A DNA stretch of 64,000 bases from Malacoraja senta (Eukaryota): NCBI GenBank assembly GCA_038087875.1, contig JAXLNO010000136.1, forward strand, positions 62,001-126,000, written 5' to 3'. The number at the start of each line of letters is the position of its first letter. Position 1 is the stretch's first letter. Below are positions 1-10,324 of this stretch, piece by piece. The translations under genes were made by a program, and so were the position numbers. The notes below the pieces were generated by a model. The model ran no database searches and had not been told where the DNA came from. It saw only the letters and a list, made by a program, of their open reading frames with translations.

Positions 1-540
1 TCGCCGGGAACGTGGCGATCTTGCCGGATATGTGGCGACCTTGACGGATTTATGGCGACCTCCACGGAAATGTTGCGATCTTGCCTGATTTTTGGCGACT
101 TTGCCGGATGTTTGGCGACTTCGCCGGAAATGTGGCGGTCTTGCCTGGTTTGTGGCGAACTTGCCGGATTCATGGCGACCTTGCCGGAAATGTGGCGACC
201 TTGCCGGATTTATGGCGACCTTGTCGGATTTATGGCGACCTTGCCGGATTTATGGCGACCTTGCCGCATTTGTGGCGACCTTGCCGGATTTATGGTGCCC
301 TTGCCGGAAATATGGCGACCTTGCCGGAAATGTGGCGGCCTTGCCGCATTTGTGGCGACCTTGCCGGATTTATGGCGACCTTGCCGGAAATGTGGCGACC
401 TTGGCGGATTTGTGGCGACCTTGCCGGATTTATGGCGACCTTGTCGGATTTGCGGCGAACGCCGAATTTATGGCGACCTTGCCGGAAATGTGGCGACCTT
501 GCCGCATTTGTGGCGACCTTGCTGGATTTGTGGCGACCTT

Positions 541-780
541 GCCGGATTTATGGCGACCTTGCCGGAAATGTGGCGACCTTGCCGGATTTGCGGCGACCTT
601 GCCGGATTTATGGCGACCTTGCCTGAAATGTGGCGACCTTGACGGATTTGTGGCGACCTTGCCGGATTTATGGCGACCTTGCCGGAAATGTGGCGACCTT
701 GCCGGATTTGCGGCGACCTTGCCGGATTTATGGCGACCTTGCCTGAAATGTGGCGACCTTGACGGATTTGTGGCGACCTT
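541..780 (+). repeat. Exact 120-bp (6-monomer) tandem duplication within the satellite
   Basis: 541-660 is identical to 661-780, including rare variants tttgcggcg, gcctgaaatg and ttgacgg. Confidence 0.92.
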
Positions 781-2239
781 GCTGGATTTATGGCGACCTT
801 GCCGGATATGTGGCGACCTTGCCGGATTTATGGCGACCATGCCGGAAATATGGCGACCTTGCCGGATTTGTGGCGACTTTGGCGGATTCATGGCGACCGT
901 GCCGGAAATATGGCGACCTTGCCGCATTTGTGGCGACCTTGCCGGATTTATGGCGACCGTGCAGGAAGTATGGCGACCTTGCCGGATTTATGGCGACATT
1001 GCCGGAAATATGGCCACCGTGCCGGAAATATGGCGACCTTTACGGTTTATGGCGACCTTGCGGGATTTGTGGCGACCTTGCCGGAAAAATGGCGACCTCG
1101 CCGGATTTATGGCGACCTTGTGGGATATGTGGCGACCTTGCCGGATTGTTGGCGACCTCGCCGGGAATGTGGCGATCTTGCCGGATATGTGGCGACCTTG
1201 ACAGATTTATGGCGACCTCGACGGAAATGTTGCGATCTTGCCTGATTTTTGGCGACTTTGCCGGATGTTTGGCGACCTCGCCGGAAATGTGGCGGTCTTG
1301 CCTGGTTTGTGGCGAACTTGCCGGATTCATGGCGACCTTGCCGGAAATGTGGCGACCTTGCCGGCTTTATGGCGACCTTGTCGGATTTATGGTGACCTTG
1401 CCGGATTTATGGCGACCTTGCCGCATTTGTGGCGACCTTGCCGGATTTATGGTGCCCTTGCCGGAAATATGGCGACCTTGCCGGATTTATGGCGACCTTG
1501 CCGGAAATTTGGCCACCGTGCCGGAAATATGGCGACCTTGCCGGATTATGCCGACCTTGCAGGATTTGTGGCGACCTTGCCGGAAAAATGGCGACCTCGC
1601 CGGATTTATGGCGACCTTGCGGGATATGTGGCGACCTTGCCGGATTTATGGCGACCTCGCCGGATTTATTGCGACCTTGCCGGATTTGTGCCGACCTTGC
1701 CGGATTGTTGGCGACCTCGCCGGGAATCTGGCGATCTTGCCGGAAAAATGGCGACCTTGCAGGATTTATGGCGACCTTGTCGGATATGTGGCGAACTTGC
1801 CGGATTTATGGCGACATTGCCGGAAATGTGGCAACCTTGCCGCATTTGTGGCGACCTTTCTGGATTTGTGGCGATCTTGCCGGATTTATGGCGACCTTGC
1901 CGGAAATGTGGCACCCTTGCCGGATTTGCGGCGACCTTGCCGGATTTATGGTAACCTAGCCGGGAATGTGGCGACCTTGCAGGATTTGTGGCGACCTTGC
2001 CCGATTTATGGCGACCATGCCGGAAATATGGCGACCTTGCCGGATATGTGGCGACCTTTGCGGATTTATGGCGACCATGCCGGAAATATGGCGACCTTGC
2101 CGGATTTGTGGCGACTTTGGCGGATTTATGGCGACCGTGCCGGAAATATGGCGACCTTGCCGCATTTGTGGCGACCTTGCCGGATTTATGGCGACCGTGC
2201 CGGAAGTATGGCGACCTTGCCGCATTTATGGCGACCTTG

Positions 2240-5200
2240 CCGGAAATATGGCCACCGTGCCGGAAATATGGCGACCTTTACGGTTTATGGCGACCTTGCG
2301 GGATTTGTGGCGACCTTGCCTGAAAAATGGCGACCTCGCCGGATTTATGGCGACCTTGCGGGATATGTGGCGACCTTGCCGGATTGTTGGCGACCTCGCC
2401 GGGAATGTGGCGATCTTGCCGGATATGTGGCGACCTTGACGGATTTATGGCGACCTCGACGGAAATGTTGCGATCTTGCCTGATTTTTGGCGACTTTGCC
2501 GGATGTTTGGCGACCTCGTCGGAAATGTAGCAGTCTTGCCTGGTTTGTGGCGAACTTGCCGGATTCATGGCGACTTTGCCGGAAATGTGGCGACCTTGCC
2601 GGATTTATGGCGACCTTTTCGGATTTATGGCGACCTTGCCGGCAATATGGCGACCTTGCCGGATTTGGGGCGACCTTGCCGGATTTATGGCGACATTGCC
2701 GGAAATATTACGACCTTGCCGGATTTGTGGCGACCGTGCCTGATTTATGGCGACCTAGCCGGAAATATGGCAACCTTGCTGGATTTGTGGCGACCTTGCC
2801 GGATTTGTGGCGACCTTGCCGGATTAATAGGGACCTTGCCGGAAATATGGCGACCTTGCCGCATTTGTGGCGACCTTGCCGGATTTATGGTGACCTTGCG
2901 GGAAATATGGCGACCTTGTCGGAAATGTGGCGCCTTGCCGGATTTGTGGCGACCTTGCCGGATTTATGGCGACCTTGCCGGAAATGTGGCGACCTTGCCG
3001 GATTTGTGGCGGCCTTGCCCGATTTATGGCGACTTTGCCTGAAATGTGGCGACCTTGACGGGTTTGTGGCGAACTTGACGGATTTATGGCGACCTTGCTG
3101 GGGATGTGGCGACCTTACCGGATTTGTGGCGACCTTGCCGGATTAATGGCGACCTTGCCGGAATTGTGGCGACCTTGCCGGATTTATGGCGACTTTGTGG
3201 GATTTGTGGCGACCATTGCCGGATTTATGGCGACCTTGCCGGAAATGTGGCGACATTGCCGGATTCATGGCGACCTTGCCGGAAATGTGGCGTCCTTGCC
3301 GGATTTGTGGCGATGATGCCGGATTTCTGGCGACCTTGCCGAAATGTTGCCAGCTTCCCGGACTTGTGGCGACCTTGCCGGATCTACGGCGACCTTGCCG
3401 GAAATGTGGCGACCTTGCCGGATTTGACGCGACTTTGCCGGAAATATGGCGACCTTGCCGGATTTATGGCGTCCTAGCCGGATTTATGGCGACCGTGCCG
3501 GAAATACGACGACCTTGCCGGAGTTATGGCGACTTTGCAGATTTATGGCAAACTTGCCGGATTTATGGCGACTTTGCCGGAACTATGGCGACATCGCCGG
3601 AATTATGGCGACCTTGCCCGATTTATGGCGACCCCGCAGGAAATATGGCGACCTCGCCGGATTTATGGCGACCTTGTCGGTAATATGGCGACCTTGCCGG
3701 ATTTATGGCGACCTTGCCGCATTTGTGGCGACCTTACCGGATTTGTAGTGACCTTGCCGGAAATATGGCGACATTGCCGGAAATGTGGCGACCTTGCCGG
3801 ATTTGTGGCGACCTTGCCGGATTTATGGCGACCTTGCCGGATTTATGGCGACCTTGCCGGAAATGTGGCCACCTTGCCGGATTTGTGGCGACCGTGCCGG
3901 ATTAATGGTGACCTTGCCGGAAATATGGCGACCTTGCCGCATTTGTGGCGACCTTGCCGGATTTATGGTGACCTTGCGGGAAATATGGCGATCTTGCCGC
4001 AAATGTGGCGACCTTGCCGGATTTGTGGCGACCTTGCCCGATTTATGGCGACCATGCCGGAAATATGGCGACCTTGCCGGATATGTGGCGACCTTGCCGG
4101 ATTTATGGCGACCGTGCCGGAAATATGGCGACCTTGCCGCATTTGCGGCGACCTTGCTGGATTTATGGCGACCGTGCCGGAAGTATGGCGACCTTGCCGG
4201 ATTTATGGCGCCCTTGCCGGAAATATGGCCACCGTGCCGGAAATATGGCGACCTTGCCGGTTCATGGCGACCTTGCAGGATTTGTGGCGACCTTGCCGGT
4301 AAAATGGCGACCTCGCCGGATTAATGGCGACCTTGCGGGATATGTGGCGACCTTGCCGGATTGTTGGCGACCTCGCCGGGAATGTGGCGATCTTGCCGGA
4401 TATGTGGCGACCTTGACGGATTTATGGCGACCTCGACGGAAATGTTGCGATCTTGCCTGATTTTTGGCGACTTTGCCGGATGTATGGCGACCTCGCCGGA
4501 AATGTGGCGACCTTGCCTGGTTTGTGGCGAACTTGCCGGATTCATGGCGACCTTGCCGGAAATGTGGCGACCTTGCCGGATTTGGGGCGACCTTGCCGGG
4601 TTTATGGCGACCTTGCCGGAAATATTACGACCTTGCCGGATTTGTGGCGACCTTGCCGGATTTATGGCGACCTAGCCGGAAATATGGCAACCTTGCCGGA
4701 TTTGTGGCGACCTTGCCGGATTTGTGGCGACCTTGCCGGATTAATGGCGACCTTGCCGGAAATATGGCGACCTTGCCGCATTTGTGGCGACCTTGCCGGA
4801 TTTATGGTGACCTTGCGGGAAATATGGCGACCTTGCCGGAAATGTTGCGACCTTGCCGGATTTGTGGCGACCTTGCCGGATTTATGGCGAACTTGCCGGA
4901 AATGTGGCGACCTTGGCGGATTTATGGCGACCTTGTCGGATTTGTGGCGAACTTGCCGGATTTGTGGCGACATTGCCGGAAATGTGGCGACCTTGCCGCA
5001 TTTGTGGCGACCTTGCTGGATTTGTGGCGACCTTGCCGGGTTTATGGCGACCTTGCCGGGAATGTGGCGACCTTGCTGGATTTATGGCGAAATTCCCGGA
5101 TTAATGGCGACCTTGCCTGAAATGTGGCGACCTTGACGGGTTTGTGGCGACCTTGACGGATTTATGGCTACCTTGCCGGGGATGTGGCGACCTTACCGGA

Positions 5201-5830
5201 TTTGTGGCGACCTTGCCGGATTAATGGCGACCTTGCCGGAATTGTGGCGACCTTGCCGGATTTATGGCGACTTTGTGGGATTTGTGGCGACCTTGCCGGA
5301 TTCATGGCGGCCTTGCCGGAAATGTGGCGTCCTTGCCGGATTTGTGGCGATGATGCCTGATTTCTGGCGACCTTGCAGAAATGTTGCTAACTTGCCGGAT
5401 TTGTGGCGACCTTGCCAGATCTATGGCGACCTTGCCGGAAATGTGGCGACCTTGCCGGATTTGACGCGACTTTGCCGGAAATATGGCGACCTTGCCGGAT
5501 TTATGGCGTCCTAGCCGGATTTATGGCGACCGTGCCGGAAATACGACGACCTTGCCGGAGTTATGGCGACTTTGCAGATTTATGGCAAACTTGCCGGATT
5601 TATGGCGACTTTGCCGGAACTATGGCGACATCGCCGGAATTATGGCGACCTTGCCCGATTTATGGCGACCCCGCCGGAAATATGGCGACCTCGCCGGATT
5701 TATGGCGACCTTGCCGGTAATATGGCGACCTTGCCGGATTTATGGCGACCTTGCCGCATTTGTGGCGACCTTGCCGGATTTATGGTGACCTTGTCGGAAA
5801 TATGGCGACATTGCCGGAAATGTGGCGACC
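2240..5830 (+). repeat. About 2-kb higher-order duplication (2240-4220 vs 4220-5830), imperfect
   Basis: The same ordered variant monomers recur at offsets of 1977 (track ORF starts 2476/4453), 2078 (3086/5164) and 2037 (3446/5483); offsets differ by roughly whole monomers. Boundaries approximate. Confidence 0.8.
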
Positions 5831-6411
5831 TTGCCGGATTTATGGCGACCTTGCCGGATTTATGGCGACCTTGCCGGGAATATGGCGACCTTGCCGTATT
5901 TAAGGCGACATTCCCGGATTAATGGCGACCTTGCCGGAAATGTGGCGACCTTGCCGGAAATGTGGCGACCTTGCCGCATTTGTGGCGACCCTGCTGGATT
6001 TGTGGCGACCTTGCCGGATTTATGGGGACCTTGCCGGAAATGTAGCGACCTTGCCGGATTTGTGGCTACCTTGCCGGATTTATGGTGATCTTGCCCGGAA
6101 TGTGGCCACCTTGCCGGATTTATAGCGACATTCCCGGATTAATGGCGACCTTGCCTGAAATGTGGCGACCTTGACGGATTTGTGGCTACCTTGCCGGATT
6201 TATGTGGACCTTGCCGGGGATTTGGCGACCTTGCCGGATTTATGGCGTCCTAGCCGGATTTATGGCGACCGTGCCGGAAATACGGCGACCTTGGCGGAGT
6301 TATGGTGACTTTGCAGATTTATGGCGACATTGCCGGATTTATGGCGACCTGGCCGGCAATATGGCGACCTTGCCGGATTTATTGCGACCTTGCCGCATTT
6401 GTGTCGACCAA

Positions 6412-7452
6412 GCACATGGCATTGGGGGTTCAGTATTGATGTGGATAGAGAACTGGCTGGCAAACAGGAAGCAAAGAGTAGGAGTAAACGGGTCCTTTTC
6501 ACAATGGCAGGCAGTGACTAGTGGGGTACCGCAAGGCTCAGTGCTGGGACCCCAGCTATTTCCAATATATATTAATGACCTGGATGAGAGAATTGAAGGC
6601 AATATCTCCAAGTTTGCGGATGACACTAAGCTGGGGGGCAGTGTTAGCTGTGAGGAGGATGCTAGGAGACTGCAAGGTGACTTGGATAGGCTGTGTGAGT
6701 GGGCAAATGTTTGGCAGATGCAGTATTATGTGGATAAATGTGAGGTTATCCATTTTGGTGGCAAAAACAGGAAAGCAGACTATTTTCTAAATGGTGGCCG
6801 ACTAGGAAAAGGGGAGATGCAGCGAGACCTGGGTGTCATGGTACACCAGTCATTGAAAGTAGGCATGCAGGTGCAGCAGGCAGTGAAGAAAGCGAATGGT
6901 ATGTTAGCTTTCATAGCAAAAGGATTTGAGTATAGGAGCAGGGAGGTTTTACTGCAGTTGTACAGGGTCTTGGTGAGACCACACCTGGAGTATTGCGTGC
7001 AGTTTTGGTCTCCAAATCTGAGGAAGGACATTATTGCCATAGAGGGAGTGCAGAGAAGGTTCACCAGACTGATTCCTGGGATGTCAGGACTGTCTTATGA
7101 AGAAAGACTGGATAGACTTGGTTTATACTCTCTAGAATTTAGGAGATTGAGAGGGGATCTTATAGAAACTTACAAAATTCTTAAGGGGTTGGACAGACTA
7201 CATGCATGAAGATTGCTCCCGATGTTGGGGAAGTCCAGGACAAGGGGTCACAGCTTAAGGATAAGGGGGAAATCCTTTAAAACCGAGATGAGAAGAACTT
7301 TTTTCACACAGAGAGTGGTGAATCTCTGGAACTCCCTGCCACAGAGGGTAGTCGAGGCCAGTTCATTGGCTATATTTAAGAGGGAGCTAGATGTGGCCCT
7401 TGTGGCTAAAGGGATCAGAGGGTATGGAGAGAAGGCAGGTACGGGATACTGA
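6412..7452 (+). pseudogene. LINE ORF2 remnant: C-terminal part of reverse transcriptase plus C-terminal domain, with an in-frame stop
   Basis: Single frame from AHGIGG (6412) to GYGEKAGTGY* (TGA 7450-7452), interrupted by TGA at 7207-7209 (cat gca TGA aga); track ORFs 6202..7209 and 7213..7452 are in the same frame. Endonuclease and N-terminal RT subdomains absent. Confidence 0.92.
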
Positions 7453-7457
7453 GTTGG

Positions 7458-7524
7458 ATGATCAGCCATGATCATATTCAATGGCGGTGCAGGCTCGAAG
7501 AGCCGAATGGCCTACTCCTGCACC
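7458..7524 (+). other. LINE 3' UTR stem-loops
   Basis: ATGATCA (7458-7464) / TGATCAT (7469-7475) perfect 7-bp stem with GCCA loop; GGTGCAGG (7486-7493) / CCTGCACC (7517-7524) perfect 8-bp stem enclosing GCC-GAAT-GGC (7502-7511). Confidence 0.75.
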
Positions 7525-7527
7525 TAA

Positions 7528-7551
7528 TTTCTATGTTTCTATGTTTCTATG
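7528..7551 (+). repeat. CR1-type 3' tail (TTTCTATG)3
   Basis: tttctatg tttctatg tttctatg immediately before the satellite resumes; CR1 elements characteristically end in short tandem octamers. Confidence 0.93.
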
Positions 7552-8340
7552 GTGACCTTGTCGGAAATATGGCGACATTGCCGGAAATGTGGCGACGTTG
7601 CCGGATTTGTGTCGACGATGCCGGATTTCTGGCGTCCTTGCCGAAATGTTGCGACCTTGCCGGATTTGTGGCGGCCTTGCCGGATCTATGGCGACCTTGC
7701 CGGAAATATGGCCACCGTGCCGGAAATATGGCGACCTTGCCGGTTTATGGCGACCTTGCAGGATTTGTGGCGACCTTGCCGGAAAAATGGCGACCTCGCC
7801 GGATTTATGGCGACCTTGCGGGATATGTGGCGACCTTGCCGGATTTATGGCGACCTCGCCAGATTTATTGCGACCTTGCCGGATTTTTTGGCGACCTTGC
7901 CGGATTGTTGGCGACCTCGCCGGGAATGTGGCGATCTTGCCGGATATGTGGCGACCTTGATGGATTTATGGCGACCTCGACGGAAATGTTGCGATCTTGC
8001 CGGATTTCTGCGACTTTGCCGGATGTATGGCGACCTCGCCGGAAATGTGGCGACCTTGCCTGGTTTGTGTCGAACTTGCAGGTTTCATGGCGACCTTGCC
8101 GGAAATGTGGCGACCTTGCCGGATTTCTGGCGACCTTGCCGGCAATATGGCGACCTTGCCGGATTTGGGGCGACCTTGCCGGATTCATGGCGAACTTGCC
8201 GGAAATATTACGACCTTGCCGGATTTGTGGCGACCTTGCCGGATTTATGGCGACCTAGCCGGAAATATGGCAACCTTGCCGGATTTGTGGCGACCATGCC
8301 GGAAATATGGCGACCTTGCCGCATTTGTGGCGTTCTTGCC
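7548..8340 (+). repeat. 20-bp satellite array, contig 1 right part
   Basis: Same monomer and orientation resume at tatggtgaccttgtcgg and continue to the gap. Confidence 0.99.
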
Positions 8341-8540
8341 NNNNNNNNNNNNNNNNNNNNNNNNNNNNNNNNNNNNNNNNNNNNNNNNNNNNNNNNNNNN
8401 NNNNNNNNNNNNNNNNNNNNNNNNNNNNNNNNNNNNNNNNNNNNNNNNNNNNNNNNNNNNNNNNNNNNNNNNNNNNNNNNNNNNNNNNNNNNNNNNNNNN
8501 NNNNNNNNNNNNNNNNNNNNNNNNNNNNNNNNNNNNNNNN
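8341..8540. other. Assembly gap (200 N)
   Basis: Exactly 200 N; a fixed size suggests a scaffolding placeholder of unknown true length. Confidence 0.99.
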
Positions 8541-10324
8541 CGGCGAGGATCCCCAGAAATCCGGCAAGGTGGCCTCAAATCCGGCAAGGTCGCCACTTTT
8601 CCGGCGAGGTCGCCATAAACCCGGCAAGGTCGCCATATTTCGGCACGGTCGCGATATTTCCGGCAAAGGCGCCATAAATCCGGCAATGGCGCCATATTTC
8701 CGGCACGGTCGCGATAAATCGGGCAAGGTCGCCACAAATCCGGCAAGGTCGCCATATTTCCTGCAAGGTCGCCATAAATCTGGCATGATCGCCATAAATC
8801 CGGCAGGTCGCCTCAAATCCGGCAAGGTCGCTATAAATCCGGCGAGGTCGCCATATATCCGGCAAGGTCGCCGCAAATCCGGCAAGGTCGCCATATTTCC
8901 GGAAGGTGGCCACAAATCCGACAAGGTCGCCATAAATCCGGCAAGGTCGCATGAATCCGGCAAGGTCGCCACAAATCCGGCAAGGTAGCCACATTTCCGG
9001 CAAGGTCGCAACAAATCTGGCAAGGTCGCCGCAAATCCGACATGGTAGCCATATTTCCGGCAAGGTCGCCATAAATCCGGCAAGGTCGCCACAAATCCGG
9101 CAAGGTCGCCATATTTCCGGCAAGGTCGCATGAATCCGGCAAGGTCGCCACAAATCCGGCAAGGTCGCCATAAATTCGGCAAGGCCTCAAATCCGGCAAG
9201 GTCGCCACATTTACGGCGAGGTCGTCATAAATCCGGCAAGGAGGCCTCAAATCCGGCAAGGTCGCCACATTTACGGCGAGGTCGCCACAAATCCGGCAAG
9301 GTCGCCATAAACACGGCAAGGTCGCCACATTTCCGGCGAGGTCGCCATAAATCCGGCAAGGTCGCCACAAATCCGGCAAGGTCGCTATAAATCCGGCGAG
9401 GTCGCCATATATCCGGCAAGGTCGCCGCAAATCCGGCAAGGTCGCCATATTTCCGGCAAGGTCGCCGCAAATCCGACAAGGTAGCCATATTTCCGGCAAG
9501 GTCGCCATAAATCCGGCAAGGTCGCCACAAATCCGGCAAGGTCGCCATATTTCGGCAGGTCGCATGAATCCGGCAAGGTCGCCACAAATCCGGCAAGGTA
9601 GCCATATTTCCGGCAAGGTCGCCATAAATCCGGCAAGGTCGCCTCAAATCCGGCAAAGTCGCCATATTTCCGGCAAGGTCGCCACAAATCCGGCAAGATC
9701 GCCATAAATCCGGCAAGGTCGCCACAAATCCGGCAAGGTCGCCATATTTCCGGCACGGTCGCCATAAATCCGGCAAGGTCGCCACAAATCAAGCAAGGTC
9801 GCCATATTTCCGGCAAGGTCGCCATAAATCCGGCACGGCCGCCACAAATCCGGCAAGGTCACCACATTTCCGGCAAGGTCGCAACAAGTCTGTCAAAGTC
9901 GCCACAAATCCGACAAGGTCGCCATATTTCCGGCAAAGGTCGCCATAAATCCGGCAAGGCTTCAAATCCGGCAAGGTCGCCACATTTACGGCGAGGTCGC
10001 CATAAATCCGGCAAGGAGGCCTCAATCCGGCAAGGTCGCCACATTTACGGCGAGGTCGCCATAAATCCGGCAAGGTCGCCATAAGCACGGCAAGGTCGCC
10101 ACATTTTCCGGCCTAAATCCGGCAAGGTCGCCACAAATCCGGCAAGGTCGCTATAAATCCGGCGAGGTCGCCATATATCCGGCAAGGTCGCCGCAAATCC
10201 GGCAAGGTCGCCATATTTCCGGCAAGGTGGCCACAAATCCGGCAAGGTCGCCATAAATCCGGCAAGGTCGCATGAATCCGGCAAGGTCGCCACAAATCCG
10301 GCAGGTAGCCATATTTCCGGCAAG

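Larger units (their letters stand above)
1..6409 (+). repeat. 20-bp tandem satellite array, contig 1 left part; consensus TGGCGACCTTGCCGGAWWTR
   Basis: Continuous head-to-tail monomers such as tggcgaccttgccggattta / ...tttg / ...aata / ...aatg with scattered substitutions and occasional 1-2 bp deletions; 60-bp lines stay in register (3 monomers per line). Confidence 0.99.
6410..7551 (+). mobile_element. 5'-truncated CR1-clade non-LTR retrotransposon (LINE), about 1.14 kb
   Basis: Abrupt switch from satellite (...gtgtcgacc|aagcacatggc) to unique sequence encoding RT motifs SGVPQGSVLGP, IYINDL, KFADDTKL and the CR1-typical C-terminus (LYRVLVRPHLEYCVQFWSP, LEFRRLRGDLIETYKIL, RTRGHSL, FFTQRVVNLWNSLP); short 3' UTR and 8-bp microsatellite tail instead of poly(A). 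Confidence 0.96.

Noticed and set aside
92..1201. CxxC motifs (CRKC, CRIC) suggesting zinc-finger or metallothionein proteins
   Set aside because: They arise from TGCCGGAWWTGT in one frame of the monomer; no His spacing or zinc-finger linkers, and the unit is 20 bp rather than 84 bp.
6412..7452. RT beside repeats as a retron, DGR, CRISPR-RT or telomerase-like system
   Set aside because: The motifs and octamer tail are those of an ordinary CR1 LINE; it is 5'-truncated, has a premature stop and has no accessory genes.
6339..7481. Antisense and alternate-frame ORFs over the LINE (6339-6626, 6521-6790, 6780-7064, 7248-7481)
   Set aside because: Shadow ORFs of the RT coding sequence with no independent support.
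8300..8600. Giant palindrome or inversion breakpoint at the strand switch
   Set aside because: The switch falls inside an N gap and the two sides are not mirror copies, so a real junction cannot be claimed.
7549..9182. ORFs reading through N runs (also 46002-46789)
   Set aside because: Artefacts of translating gaps as X.
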